Source: Isurus oxyrinchus
Taxonomy: Eukaryota
NCBI GenBank assembly: GCA_026770705.1
Contig: JANJGN010000034.1
Location: 4,588,001-4,652,000 of the forward strand
DNA: 64,000 nucleotides
Reading direction: 5' to 3'
Both the position numbers and the translations under genes were made by a program. The notes beneath the pieces were generated by a model. It was given only the letters and a program-made list of their open reading frames with translations, had not been told where the DNA came from and did no database searches. Each line of letters begins with the position of its first letter. Position 1 is the stretch's first letter. Positions 1 through 15,100 of this stretch are shown piece after piece.

Positions 1-131
1 TTTTGTTGTGCACAGGTTTCTCTGTTAGAAGATACATAGCCCTCGAATGTATTTAACAAGCCTTTTTTGTTGAAGCTGCCAATATGGTGGCACGTTAAGC
101 TTATCACAAATTAAAATGTTCCTCATTCCAG

Positions 132-167
132 AGCTCACTGAATGCAAAGAGTCTTCGAAAGATTTAA
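132..167 (+). CDS. Microexon type A, 36 nt
   Basis: ttccag|AGCTCACTGAATGC...GATTTAA|gtaaga; (E)LTECKESSKDL. Confidence 0.85.
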   Translation, partial: SSLNAKSLRKI

Positions 168-3100
168 GTAAGAAAACATACTTCTCACGTAAAATAACTC
201 CATAGTAAAGGCAGGGCAGCAACGTCATATAGGACACTAAAGCAGGACAGGTGACAACGATTTATACGGAGCTTTTACCCTTTGGCCATTTTATAACAGA
301 TAGGTCCTCCTCATCAGTATCGTATTTGAACAGTTGCTTGTCTGAATCTAATGGTGGCATATTGATGCGACCAATCTTCTTTGTGTTGGCCAATATTCCA
401 ATTGCTGCAGGGATGGGCACAATTAGCCTGCTTTCTGGAAGTGCACTGTTCACACTGGAATTTGCCGTTGTCTCATGAAGACATTAATTTCTGATTTATA
501 GAGGAAAAGTTGAAGGACGTTCAAAAAGGTATTTCATTTATCAATCCAACCGGCTAAGGAGGCATTACGAAGAGTGGTGTGAAGAACATACTGCAAGATG
601 ATGAGAGTTGTGATGAAGTGAAGGTGGATTATTAATTACATTGAATTTTTTTTTCAATGCATAATTGAACGAACTTGAAAAGTTTTTTTTTATTTTCAAA
701 TTTCTGCTTTAAATAACCTTTACATATTGATAGCTAGGTCATGCGAACAGATCCAATACATTTTTCTGAAAGTCCAGATGTGATCTCCGTCTTCTAAACC
801 AAGGAATAATACACAAAATCATTTTTCTGGCGCGCCTGCTTCTAGTCGCCCCAAGTTTCGTGTTGTTTGTCATCAGGGGAAAAAGGAAATCATGCAACCT
901 ATGCATCCAATGAATCTCAACTCAAAATTTGTTAATCACTGAATGGATATAGCATCAACCGTTCAATATAGCACGCAAGGGAAATGTGGTTGTTTAGTGC
1001 TATTCAGACAACAGCTTAAAATTAGGTTGTGTGCATCGTTGGAGCATAATTTTACATTGAACCACCTATGGATTTGGTCCGTTGTGGAGGAAGACGCATA
1101 TATGGAATTTGTAATATCTTGATTGTATATATCTGAAATGATCTATTCTTCCTTCTTCTAGGACTGGACGGTTTCAAAAAAGTTATTGGTGACTCAGGTT
1201 AGCACACAAACAAGGCTGGGTTGGGGCTGCCTCTTGGTAATGGAACGAGATTGAGGATTGCAGTTTTGAGCGCAGGTTATTACCGATGCTGAATTAATGA
1301 CGCAGAATGCCTGAAATTATGTTTATACATTTCTTGTTATTTAAAATTCTGGAGACAATAAACTATGCAGCTCATCTGAAATATCGATGGAATTGAAGAT
1401 TCCATTCAGATTCCAATTGGCTCAAAGTGTTGAAAATAATGGAGAGATCTTGGGAATGTTAAATACGCAGTTTCACATTTGCAAACTATTATATTTCCAG
1501 CCCTCGATTGACGGTAGCAGACCTGAACAATGAAGCAGTTCTGCTACTAGGACATTGATGAAGGAACTCACGGTTTTGTTCTCGCCAAGTGCACGTTTCA
1601 ACCCTTTGTATCTGCTGTGAAGTAGAATTAACTTGTTTCAGCAGCAACAGTCCAGCATGAAGTTGTCGAATTTAGATGTGCATTCTACAGCAGAAATATG
1701 TTTATGGTAATTCAGCACGCAATTGAATGAACAGATCTCTTGGCAAAAATTTGGAGAAGAACTATCACGGCATGGGGTTGATATGCATTCAAACTTAGCC
1801 ATCCTCGGTGGAAAGTCTACATGCAGTGGTCAAACAATCAACACATTTTCTACTCGTTTGTGTGTGCAAATTCAGAGCTTTGTTTCAAACATTGAATCAG
1901 TGATATGTTTTGAATTGCCATTATTAGGCTGTAAATCGTTGCTCGATGTCCCAGTGTACAGAAAAAAAGACGAATTAGAATTGCAATTGTATTATTTCCT
2001 ATTACTGGCTCTACCAAATGTCTGCGCTACATTATTAACAAACTTGTAGAGTGAAGTTCTAATATGACTTTTAATACGAAACTACAGTTGAACTGTAGCC
2101 TTTTCCGCTACACAGAATATGGACATACAAACAACATTTAATGCATAAAGTTCGAAGAAGAAAGTGTGGGGGACGGTGGGTGGGTGGGGGGGTGGGGGGA
2201 AGAGTAGGTCGTATCCCTTTAAAACTCTAAAGCAGTTATTCACTATATGATTACAGATTAAATCTGCTTTACAATGTTTTGTGTATCTTCGAAACAAGCA
2301 TTAGAATGAGTGGCTGCCACACTTTTCAAAAGTTTTAGTGTCATCAACCATTTATATATTTGCCATTCAGTTTCCTGTAGTATATTTTATGTGCTGTTTC
2401 GTAAGGTGGGGCAACATTCGTAGTTTTTCCCATTACCCCAAATAATAGAGCAGGAAATCTTTCGCAATGTATTACAAAATACCTGTTTTGTGACAGCGAA
2501 TTATCATATCGTTGATAACAACTTCACTGAAGCTGAGTTTATAATTTGGGAAGATGAAGCAAATTCTGTTGCACATGCAGCGCCAATTATAACCACTTTG
2601 CACCATTAGTATTCAATATCACCTAAGTGAAATTGACGGTCTCAGTTTTGAAATGTTTCTTTAGCCAGGAGCGTCACTATGCCTGTCAGAATGTGTTCAA
2701 TTGTTGTCAAGATGGATGCTGCCGCGACTTTTGGTTGACATCACCACTGGAGGTTGTGCGTATGATGTTACTTTCAGCACCCCTGTTTAATCATTTGCTT
2801 ACCTTTTATGCACCTATGTATTTATTTGCTTATCGGTTTATGTATTTAATTATTTTTCTTCGATTTATTTACATATTCATTGATTCAATCATTCATTAAT
2901 CTGGTTTTCTGTTTGTATTCCTGTGTGTGTGTTTCTTTCTTTGTTCTTTTATGTATATATTTGGGTATTAGTTTATTCGTTTGTTAATTTATGGAACTAT
3001 TGATGCATTTATTTCTATATCTATTTATGTATTTAATTACTTACTCACTTAATTAATCGCTTGCTTATTTATTTATGTGTGTATGAAACTGCGCATTTAT

Positions 3101-6100
3101 TCATTTTTGTCTTTGGATTTTTCTCCCATCAGTGGAATTGGTTGACATCTTGAAGTTATGAATGTGCCCTTCCTCAACAAGAGTATTTTCGATGACATTT
3201 TAAAGTTGCAAACGCAAGTGATTTCAAGACTCATCGTGAAAACATGTTTTTGTAATATAATTCCGAAAGCCTCTCTAAAGCTCGGATGAAGCTGCAGTGC
3301 GTCAATGCCAAGACTAGTCCATCGTTAATCTGTTTTGGTTGCAGATCTGGATGCAGGTACCTAATTGAAGGCAAAGCTGATCTTTGTCCAAACTGCATAA
3401 TTGGTGTGCGATAATAAACCACATAATCACAATACGCTACTGATGTTGTAAAATGTTTGCTGTAAATTCTAATTGCTTTGATGCACTTTAACAGATGAAA
3501 AACTGAAATTAAAAGCAAAAGGTAACTGACTGCGAAATCATTACTTCATAGCAGCGGAGCAAGTTCTTTTTTGCGAGTTGATGGTGTGGCCATGAATTTT
3601 GGAGATATAAGCAGGCTGGAGGTCGACAACTACATGATGATTTTGCTGGCCCTGGCATAGGTGGTGTTGGGCCTTTATCCGAATGATTGTTGCTGACTAA
3701 AAGCTGAACTGAACTGATCAGAACTTAAAAGTTAGGGGAACATTCGCGTGCACTCCTGAACATGTGTTTTGTCCCTCCGGGTGCACTCCGAACCAATTGA
3801 TGCTGGCTCGCTCCCATGACAATTTTTGTTCTGAATTGCAAACGTCATATGCAAAGGCCTCCACGGTTAATGGGAGTGGGCCTACAGCGTGTTATTATTT
3901 TGAAATTATAAACTGAATCGACATGTTTTATTATCCACTGTACGTCCATATTGCATTGAATTACATGAGTCTGGATTAATCGATCAATTCGGTCTATGCC
4001 TGTAGTTTGTTTTTGCCTACTTGCCTGCCTCCCCTTTGCAATATAATAATGTTAAGCATTAATAGCAGCAAAGCTAAGAATGTCTGAAGGTTATTACAAG
4101 AATGACTACCCTACTCTCCCCCACCCAACTGTTCAGGATTTAATTCCCACCATGCAATCATTATCCAATTCTCTTGAACTCAAACAAACAGCATATCTTT
4201 TGAGATTCTGTGCACCTGCAATTTTGACCAATTGTGCATCAACGATGCCGTCATTTAATAATTATTGGTGTTACGAATTTCTATTTAGCATCTGATTGGC
4301 ATAATTCCTCTCATAAACATTCAACTATGTGTCTTATCGTTTAGAATACATTGCGCACCATACATTGAGGAGACAGGTTTTGGACACTTATCTCGTTGCC
4401 AATGAAACATATTGGTCATATTTCTTGCACACAAGCAGTTGTTTAAAATTACCCAATGCTTTGCAAAATAAAATGAACATTTCATTGAGGACACTGCCAA
4501 TTGCTCGCATGTGAATCTTTTCAAAAATGAATACGTTCACATGTTTTTCCTCATTGCAGAGCTCACTGCATGCAAAGAAACTGTGAAAGCTTTAGGTGAG
4601 CAAACAAATATGCATTCTGGAAGACAACATTGCGACCATTTCATCTGGAAAGTAATTGCAGGATAGGTGATATCATCTTTATCATCCAAACTACCCAAAG
4701 CCTTTTAATTTCTACGGGTTGAAATACCAACTGTATTGCACAATAGGGGGTCCATAAAATAGCATCCGTTTACCACTTTTGTCCGAGTTGTTCTGTCGGG
4801 CCACATGACTGCATGCAGCATGCAGTGACGTTTTACTGACATTAAATGTAACAGCGACTATTACATTTTGCACAAAGATGATCAACAATCACAACTTTTT
4901 TCTACTGTAATATAATTTGAGTTGCACTTGTCTGTTGATTTCCAATGTCAATAATTTCTTCTTTACAGAAGCAAAACTGGACGCAAAGCAAAACGGTATT
5001 AATTGTTTCTATTCAACTGGTACATGGGCAATAATACCAATGTTGGCAAGAAAATAGAATGCAAGTCTGTCATTGCAACAGTCGTGTTAATTGACTCAAC
5101 GCGCAAATTTCATACTATTGTGGCAGAATAATCCTTGCGAGGGAATCATAAATCTGTCCGCAGCAGTAGTTTTCTGCTGATAGGAAATTTACTGGTGACA
5201 GTTTCGATTATATCAATGTTGTTTTCTGATTACCCAACGCACTTATAAGTTATTGAGCAGATGTTGCGAATGAGTGAGAGAAGTTGCCTTTCTTTGGAAA
5301 TAAGTAATTAACTCCTAAGTGTGCCCATCCATCTTGTGAAAGGCCAAGTATGACATTCTTATACAGAGGCAACAAAAATTGTGCATTGTGCATTATTTAT
5401 GGTTATATTAAACCAAATCCTTCCATGTGTTGTGGGTGGAAAAGTGAAATCGTATGCAATCTTTTTTTTACTTACTAATCAAAAGAATTTCAACTCAATG
5501 TATATTCATGATTAAACGTTTGCACCAAAAACATAATAGCATACGGAAAATGAGTTTAAATACTGCTTTAGGATAATTCGGCACGAAATTGCGGCTCTCC
5601 GCACCCTTGCAAAACAGGTTTTTCACATCGCATCACGAATATATTTGGCCAGATGTGCAAGAGACACAATCGTGCATTTATACCCCATATGGGCGCTGTC
5701 TATTGTTCTTCTTTCCAGAACTGGAAGACGTCAACAAAGTCGCCGTTGGCTCAGGTTGGCACACGCCCAAAACATGATTGTTAACGCTTCTTGGGCAACA
5801 TAACTAAAATTAGAAGTGCAGCTTTGACTGCAGGTTTTATTTCCATTATAACGCAATGAAACACAATGCCTGCCATTGTGTATAATGGACGCAAAGAGAT
5901 AAAAAAACAAAAAACTGCGGATGCTGGAAATGCAAAACAAAAACAGAATTACCTGGAAATACTCAGCAGATCTGGGAACATTGGCGGGGAAGAAAATAGT
6001 TGACATTTCTAGTCCTCATGACACTTCAACAGAACTGAGCGAATAAAAGGTAGCATGATCAGAACAGATGAGATGGAGGCGAAGAATGGGATGAGTCTTT

Positions 6101-9100
6101 ACATGATGCTGGGTGTGAGAAGCTGCAGTCGAGGTAGCTTTGGGAGTCGATAGGCTTGTAATGGATATTGGTGGACCGTCTATCCCCAAAGATTAAGACA
6201 GAGAGGTCAAGGAAGGGAAGGGAGTGTCAGAGATGCAACACTGAAAATGATAGAGGTGTGGAGATTGGAGGCAAAATTAATATTTTTTTTCAAAGTCCTG
6301 ACGAGAGCATGAAGAAGCACAGAAGTAATCATCGATGTACCAGAGAAAGAGATGTGGAAGGGGGCCGGAGTTGGACTGGTACAAGGAATGTTGCACATAC
6401 ACCATAAAGATACAGGCATAGCTGGGGCCCATGTGCATAAAAGGTGTGGCTATGGGTACCCGCATGAGCACAAGCTATGCCTGTCTCTTTGTGGGGTATG
6501 TGGAACATTTCTTGTTCCAGTACTACTCCGGCCCCCTTCAAATATTTCTCTACAAACCTACCGACTCCCACAGCTACCTCGACTACAGCTCCTCACACCC
6601 CGCTTCCTGTAAGGACTCTAACCCATTCTCTCAGTTCCTTCACCTCCGTCGCATCTGTTCTGATGACGCTACCTTCAATAACAATTCCGCTGACATGTCC
6701 TCCTTCTTCCTTAACCGAGGTTTTCCACCCATGGTCGTTGACAGGGCCCTCAACCGTGTCCAGCCCATCTCCTGTGCATCCACCCTCACGCCTTCTCCTC
6801 CCTCCCAGAAACATGATAGGGTGCCCCTTGTCCTCACTTATCACCCCACCAGCCTCTGCAGTCAAGGAATCATCCTCTGCCATTTCCACCAAGTGCAGCA
6901 TGATGCCATCATGAAACACATCTTCCTCCATCACCCCATGTGTTGAAATTGATGATATTATCACAACCAATGTGCTAATTATGAATGGATGGTAGGGCAC
7001 TCAAGGTACAGCTCTAGTGGCGGTGGGTTGGAAAGACGAGCAAGGCATAAAATATTCATAAATAATGGAAATAGGTGGGAAAAGAAAAATCCATATAAAT
7101 TATGGGAGAAAACAAAAGAAGGGGGAAGAAACAGAAATGGGGTGGGGATGGAAGAGGGTGTTCGAGATCTAAAGTTGTTGAATTCAATGTTCAGTGTGGA
7201 AGGCCGTAAAGTGCCTAGTCTGAAGATGAGTTACTGATCCTCCAGTTTATGTTGGGTTTCAGTGGAACAATGCAACAGGCCAAGGGCAGACATGTGGGCA
7301 AGAGCGCAGGGTAGAGTGCTAAAATGACAAGTGACAGGGAGGTTTGGGTCATTCTTGCTGACAGACCGCAGGTGTTCTGCAAAGCGGTCGCCCAGTTTAC
7401 GTTTGGTCCCGCCAATGTAAAATAGACCTCATTGGGAGCAACGAATGTAGTAGACTTAGTTGGTGGAAATGAAATGAACATACTGCTTCACTTGAAAGGA
7501 ATGTTTGGGCCCTTGGACGGTGAGGAGTGAGGAACTGAAGGGGCAGGCGATGCATCTATTGCAAAACAAAAGCATCATAAACTGTTGTTGTGTCGCTTGG
7601 TTGCACTTATGGTGACAATCATCCTTCAAATACTAGGCATTCCGGTCTGGGAGTGTAGTTTTGTGTCTGCTGCCACGGTCAACATTTTTGATTTACCATA
7701 TACAGCAAGCTTAAATTGTTTGTTTTTAAACTCTGCAGTCCTAGCAACATTTGTGGAGCGAGTTACATAATTAAACTTTAGAGGCCAATATCTGTCTTCA
7801 GTGAAAATCAAGAGAGTTATTAGTGTGATGTGTAAACGTTGTTAAAACAACGGGGGAGGGACAGGTGGAACACAATAAAAGGTCAGGTAAAGGTTAGACG
7901 GCAAGAGTTAGTAAAAGACAATGAAGCCATGGAACTGAAGGTAGAGCGAATTTGAACGAGAGCAATAAATGAACAATGATCCATCCAATCTGGATGTATA
8001 GAGCAGAATGAATTCAACACTCTCAAATTAATTACATGCAACAAAGATACAATCTGAAACATGGGAAAACAGAAAATCAAAATTAGGCAGCTTACATGCT
8101 CTGACATTATTGAACTCGAAGTTGATCCCAGAACTCTGTAAAGTATTGAACAGGAGCTATTTCTTTAGCTTGCGTTCGCCATCTCTGGAAAATTGTATTT
8201 GCCAGAGGGGACATGGAAGCAGCACAATTGGATGATGAATTAGAGTGACAAACGACAGGAAGGGTGATGTTATTGCTAAGACATGAGCGAACAAAACTGG
8301 GACAGAACTGGTAGTGTGCCATGGTGTAAGACAAACATGGTCAAAAGAGCTGAACTCCAGGTGTAAACTGAGGTTGGCTGCCCTTGTATCAAGAAAATAT
8401 TTGAACGAGAATGGCTTCGTTGCATCTTGCACAACTGGAGCCAATGGAAATCAGGAAGAAAAAAAAATTCTGCTGGTTGGATTCATTCTTAGCAGAAAGG
8501 ATGTTGGTGGTGTTTATACGAGGTCAATCATCTCGTTCGAAGGGCATCACTGAATAAATTCCAGGAAATAGAATCCAAGTGAAATTGATCATCAACTGCT
8601 TTATCAATTACCTTCCTTCCATCATGAGGTCAGAATCAGGAATATTGGCAGAAGATTGCACAATATTCAGCACCATTTGTGACTGCTCAGATGCGGAAAC
8701 AGCCCATTTCCAAATGCAGCCAGATGTGGATAGTATACAGACTTGAGGTGCCAAGTGGCATGTGACGTTCTTGCAACTCAATTGCCAGGCCATGAACTTC
8801 TCCAACAAGAGAGAATGTAACAATCACTACCTGACATTGAATGGAATTAGCGTTGCCAAATCCCCCTATGACAGAATCATGGGTTTGACTATTGTGCAGA
8901 ATATAAACTAGAACAGCTATACAAATACTGTGGCTTCAATGGCTGGTTAAAGGCTACGAATCCTGCAGTGAGTAACTCAGCACATTACTACCCATACACT
9001 ATCCAGCACCTACTTTTCACAAGTAAGGAGTGTGGTCGAAAAAGATGCAATTGCCTGAATGAGTGCATCTCTAGCAAGATTCGGGAATCTTAACACCATC

Positions 9101-12100
9101 CGGAAAAAAAAAACCCTTGGGTGGCATCGTTCCCAATAAAACATTCACTCAATGCACCACTGATGCATCGCATGTACCATCTCGAAGATGTACAGCTGCA
9201 ACTCACCAACACTCCCTAGACCGCAACGTCCAAATCCATGACTTCTAAAGTCCAGAAGTTCAAGAGCACAAGGCACATGGGAGCAACAGAATGGGGAATT
9301 CGCCCTCCAGGCTCCTCACCATCCTGACTTGGAAATGTATCGTCTCCCCTTCACTGCTGCTAGGCCGAGATCCCGGAACTTCCTCCTTAATAGGACTCTG
9401 AGTGTATATAGGTGACATGGACAGCAACAGTTCAAGAAGGTAGCTCAGCACCACGTTCTCAATTGTAATTAGGAATGGCCTTTAAATGTTGGCTAAGCCT
9501 AAGATTCCCACATACCATGAGTGAATGAATAAATGGAGGCCCATCCCGTAAAGCCAGATTAGGGTACAAAACACTTCCATCGACATTAATGAAGCACAGA
9601 TTATGGTCTTGGGACATTTTAATAGCTGATAATTTCACTTAGAACGTGGAAGACCTGTACGTAGTCCCCTTTATCCGTTATGTTGATGTGACTATTACAA
9701 AACCCTGAAATAAAAATGGCATTCTCATCTTTGAAGGGTTGCAATAACCACGAAAATCCACAGCGCATGTGGAAGAGTGTTCCTTTGTCCCCCTGAACCG
9801 ACTCTCAAAATGTTTTTTTTTAATGGTGAAATTCTTCCATTATTTTTGTAACTTTGTATGTTAGTGTCCTTTCTTCTGCTTAAACTAACAGTGGAAATGG
9901 AATATGCCTATCTGACCTTCCGAACAATTGAATTGCATCACTCTTTAATGCATTCTGCTCAAATTATTTCAGGCCCCGTTTTGCACACATTATTCATAAT
10001 GTAATTCTTAAACCCTCGTTATAAGCGTGTTGAATCCAAAACACGCTAATTCAAATCGCACAATATCCTTAATCAACGCCATGCCCGGAAGTGAAAATAG
10101 AACAGCATGTATAATCAAATTTGCAATTCATCTAATTCATCGAACCTCAAAATTCCCTCTACCGTCTACTATGTTTACTGCATAGTCTAAATGATTCCAA
10201 TGCATTTTAACAGAGGAGAAAATAAAAACAAAAGAGAATGGTAACTGGTTCTTAAATTAAGATTTCAGATCAGCATTAGAGTTCATATTGTTCATTTATT
10301 TTTTTGTTGTTTTTGCTGCTTTACTGGGGAAAAATCTATTGGGGATACCAGTGGGAGGGAATTGGAGAAGTGAATCAGAAATCTGATAGTCTTGCTTTGT
10401 ATGTTTGCTGGGCTAACATCTGATCGAGCTTCCCGGCTTTATGGCTCAACTTCTCGAATGTTTGCATTATAAAGATAATCATATTCCATTGCATTAGGGA
10501 ATGTGTGATTCCTTCCTACGTAAGCATTTTGAAACAGTTGATGCTGAATGTCTGCCACAGCAATCTGTTTTACGAATTCGAGAGGTGCAGGTGGTGTTAA
10601 TAAAAGAAGGCTGTTTGTCCCGATTTTCTATTGGGCTTTACTACCTCAATTATTCTAAATTATAACTGATCATCCGTTCAACTGGCACTGGATTGCACGA
10701 ATCAGCATCAGAAATAAGAAAATTCGATCTAACTAATCGATGTACACATTTTCTGTGGTTGCTCGAATTTCTTTGAAAACATTAAGTGACATATTCTGAA
10801 CAGCAATTTTAGGAATCCCTTAAAGGAAATTGGCAGCGTGTCAAGACCCTGAAAACTCTCCGGCTGTTACAGATTTATTTATGCAAAAATGACCACTCTC
10901 TGCTCCTCCAACTCGGCCCAACTGTGCATCACTGAAATGCACAGGTTAAGAGCTCCTGGCGTACCTTCAGAGCTCGAGCACATGTTTACTGAAATACCTT
11001 CTCTAAGCAACTGCGCTTGGCATTTTTCATCATTATTATTTTGTGTCACACCTTAACATTTATGCCTTTTGCGAATAATGTCTTTACAAGGCCCCAAATT
11101 ATGTGTTATAAGCACTTGACAACTTTGCTGCTTAGATGTGATTCTGTAAATTAGTTATCACTTTGGAATAAAATTGAATTACGTTTGTGAAAAACGCTAT
11201 TTGAATACAAGCTAGTCTTGTTTTTTTATGAATGTGCTCATAGGTTAGTTTCTCTGATTCCAGAGCTCTCCACGTGCAAAGAAGCTTTGAAGGATTGTGG
11301 TGAGAAATTATACGTATACAGAGGCATTGCCAAGGTCTGAATGATGGATTGCAATGAAGTTCCAGTGGGATAACTAATCATAATCTAATCACCCTGCGGT
11401 GTGAATTTCCTGAAACAAATTGAATCAACACTTTCACTTAATTATTAATTTACCATATTAACATCACTCGCTGGACCATTGTTCAAAACTTGGATGAATG
11501 TCTATTGGGAAGAGGCAGCAATTGGGAATCATACATTTTGTACTTGTGCATCGAGATTTGCAACATTATGTCGGTGAAAGCCTCTTTAAAGCTCAAAAAT
11601 TAAGTTTTGAATTTTACCAATCTTTCAATATTGGAAAGAAAGTCGTGAATTTCAGCTCGCAATTCTGGCATGTTCCCAAGTAGCCTAAGAGATTTGAAGT
11701 AAAAAAAAAAAGTAGGGCTGTGTTTGCCTGTAGGCTCCGTCCTGCAAGCTGCTCTAGTATGCAACACATTACTATCCACCTCACTGTATCAGAAATTAAT
11801 TATAGCCAAAGAATGAGCAATTTTCCAGCGGCACGGAAACCTAAGTTCAAATTTTCACTTAGATCGTGGATGAAATGAAATCAGTTCCACCAATCAAAAA
11901 TGTTGATTTCACGTGCTGAGATTACCCTTACAAAAAAAATGCACTTTGGAAATGTTGCATTGAATCTGATTCTAAGCGGTGCATGTGGGTTAGAGTTTCA
12001 TTTTCACGTGACTCTTGTGAACATGTTTTGCTCGAACGATTCTCGACACTTCGCCTATCATTTTATCTCTGAATGTGTTTTTCTTCGATTCCCACTTCCA

Positions 12101-15100
12101 TTAACATGCTTTATACCTATCAAACCGAGTGATTGTTTCATTCCACTTGAACTCTTAAAATGCATTCCCAATTAGTATGGTACACTCAAGTTAAGTCAAG
12201 CCCTTTCATCATTTCATGATGCAATTAATAAAATTTCACTTTATTTGTGGTGAATTTGTGTTGCGCCCTTAGAAGCTGCAATCAGTGTCATGCCTAACAC
12301 TGAAACCAGGATTCCAAATGTACACCAACCTGAGATTTATCTCAGTATAGAAACTGGTCCAAACCAAATTTTAACTATACCCCTTGTGAGCTTCATATGC
12401 TGTATGTGTTATGTAATTTAACTGTTTCTTTTTTACCCATGCAATTTAACAGAAGAAAAACTGAAATCAAAAGAAAACGGTAATTGATTGTGACAATGAT
12501 ATTTGATAACGGAATGATGACAAGTTGTTCTTCTCTTTCTGTTGCACCAAGCAGATGGCGTGGAAATGATTGTTTCTGATATGCGTGGAGAAGAGTTGAT
12601 GCAGTGATTGACGATCTGGCCAAACCTAATTAAGATGGTGGAATATGACATTTGCATGGGCATTATTGGCTTTAGGCTGCATCTCATTGGCGTTGGCTTG
12701 CCTGTTAGAATGGTGTTCCAGTATAGTATTGACTACTGAGGGCACACTTTGCCGTAGTTGTTGCATTATAGCTGTCACGCCAATTTGTGTTCCGATTTGG
12801 AAGGGAATTATCCAACGACCTCCAATCTTTAAGAGCAGGGAACATACCCTGATCTTCATTACAATATTAATACCTGAATTGCCCTAACCTATGACAAGAT
12901 ACCTGCTTACTTTGTATTCAATTGCAAAAATACACATCACGGAAAGGGAGCGTGTGACCTATCCAGCCTACGTCAAGTTTTGATTAGCCCCACTAGTACA
13001 TATCAAAGTATCATAACACATTATGATCAAAAATACCATTTATCCTTGAAAGAAATAGCTAACCCGAATGGTTCGAAAATTGTTCATGATTTGAAAATTC
13101 ATGCATCCTCTTGGTTTCCATTTGTTTTGGAATCTAGAAAAGGGCACGACGTTTTATTCACACTGGCGCTCATCCAATTCTGCCCAATTTCACCTTTTTT
13201 TCGCTTTTTGCCAAATTCAGCTGCTTGATTCAGGGTTGCAGAAGTAACTTTCTGGAACAACTTAGCTTCATTTCTTTTCTTTAATAACATCCATTTCTTA
13301 GGTTTTGTCACAGCTTTACATCTCCGTCTTTCATGAAGCTTTTGGCCACAAATAACTTAATCTGTTGTGTCCTTCCTTGTCATGTTTTTCATGCAAACTT
13401 GCAGCATATGATTGACTGCACTTTTCGAAATCGTATGTTTGACATTTTTTACTCACAGAGCTCCACATAAACGAGTGCTGATCCAGTTTCAGATGAACGT
13501 TCTGATAGGATAATTTTCCTGATTCCAGAGGCGACCAAATGCAAAGAGGATTTCAAAGCTTTAGGTGAGAAAAGCCACTTTCCTTCTGGAAACTCTCACA
13601 TGATAACCTGACCTGTACATCACCTGAGACAGAATCGCAGATCTAGTGATATCATGGTGACATCCCATTATAAACACAACCATCAAATAGCCTCATTGAG
13701 ATCAATTGGATCTCAAAGGAGTGTAGGAAATGAGGCAAATAACATAGCATCCAATTATCAATTTTGCCAAGGAGCTAGCTCTGCGCCCTATGGTTGAATG
13801 CAGTGATATTTTATTGAGGTTAGCAATCACTAAATTTGGGCTATTATCCACGCGCTACAGAGATTGTCAGCATTTACATCAGCATTACATAATGACATTT
13901 CTGGCGATAAACTTCGCTGCTGAATCTCAAGGGCTTCTTTTGTTTAACAGAAAAAGAGCTTAAAGAAAATAAAGTATTACCACGTTTCGAAAATTCACCT
14001 TTACGAAACTCATTAGGAGAGTTTTGGCAAGAAGATTGAAGAAACGGTTTCAATTCAAACATGACAGTCTTTCAAATTGCTGGTGTGTCTTTACTTTACT
14101 GCATTAAACAAAAAAAAAATAAAACATGCCACAAGATAAACGTAAACTGAAAAGTTGTGGCATTGATCTGATGATTATTATTTTGATGGTGATTAGATTG
14201 ATGATATAACTAACGATTCTGAATTGAAGTGATATATGAAGAAGAAACGAATGCCACTTTAAATACATACTTTAAATTAGAGAATATAAATGCCTTTAAT
14301 TGTTCATATCCATCTTATGTCTGTATATCATTCTTCTGCTAAAAGGCAAAGCTGACATGAGGATTCGCAGGCACACAAAGTGGGCTCTAATGCATCTAGC
14401 CAAATATCTTTTCATTTGCCATGAGTGATTAGGGAACAAAGGAAAATACTTGATTACTTACACATAATCTGAGTTCATAATCAATCATTGTTCAACGTTC
14501 AATTTGAATAGCTAATTGCTAAGACCGCAATGGCATATTAAACAGTTGTCTTTTGACTTCAAAACAGACCCCAATGCAGCATTACCAGTCCAATATGCCT
14601 GATGTGTAGACAGAAGCATATTGGTTAATTTGTAATCTCCTCACTGTCGATACCAAATGCGTTACTTCCCATTTTAATCCATATCTAGACAATGTTATAA
14701 AAACCGCAGGTACCGTTGAGTAGCACCACCGAACGATGTTGGGCTGGGATTTTTTTCTTTTTCATGCAACTACACTCAGGAAGTCAAGACTAACACCAGC
14801 TTGTAAGTTAATCATAACTTAGTGTGAACAAAATTCCTGATGCCAATTATAGGTAGTGTTTTTCTAGAAACTCTGGAAGACGAATTCGTGTTGTTTTTCT
14901 AAGGGCAAGTTCACTTTTAACTCGGCCTCGAATGAATTATCGCCATGAGCGGAATGAAAAGGACATGAGTGGGCATGAGAATTTTGGAGGATCATTCGGA
15001 ACCATGTGAAAGTAAAATATTGTCATTATCAAACTGAGAATTGGAAAAGCACTCTAACAACTCATCCGTGAAGGAGCTCCACATGTTCGTCACCAACATT

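Noticed and set aside
6431-6946. 171-aa ORF as a host gene or active reverse transcriptase
   Set aside because: Internally deleted Penelope RT fragment with no catalytic DD motif in the ORF; the linked endonuclease has stops.
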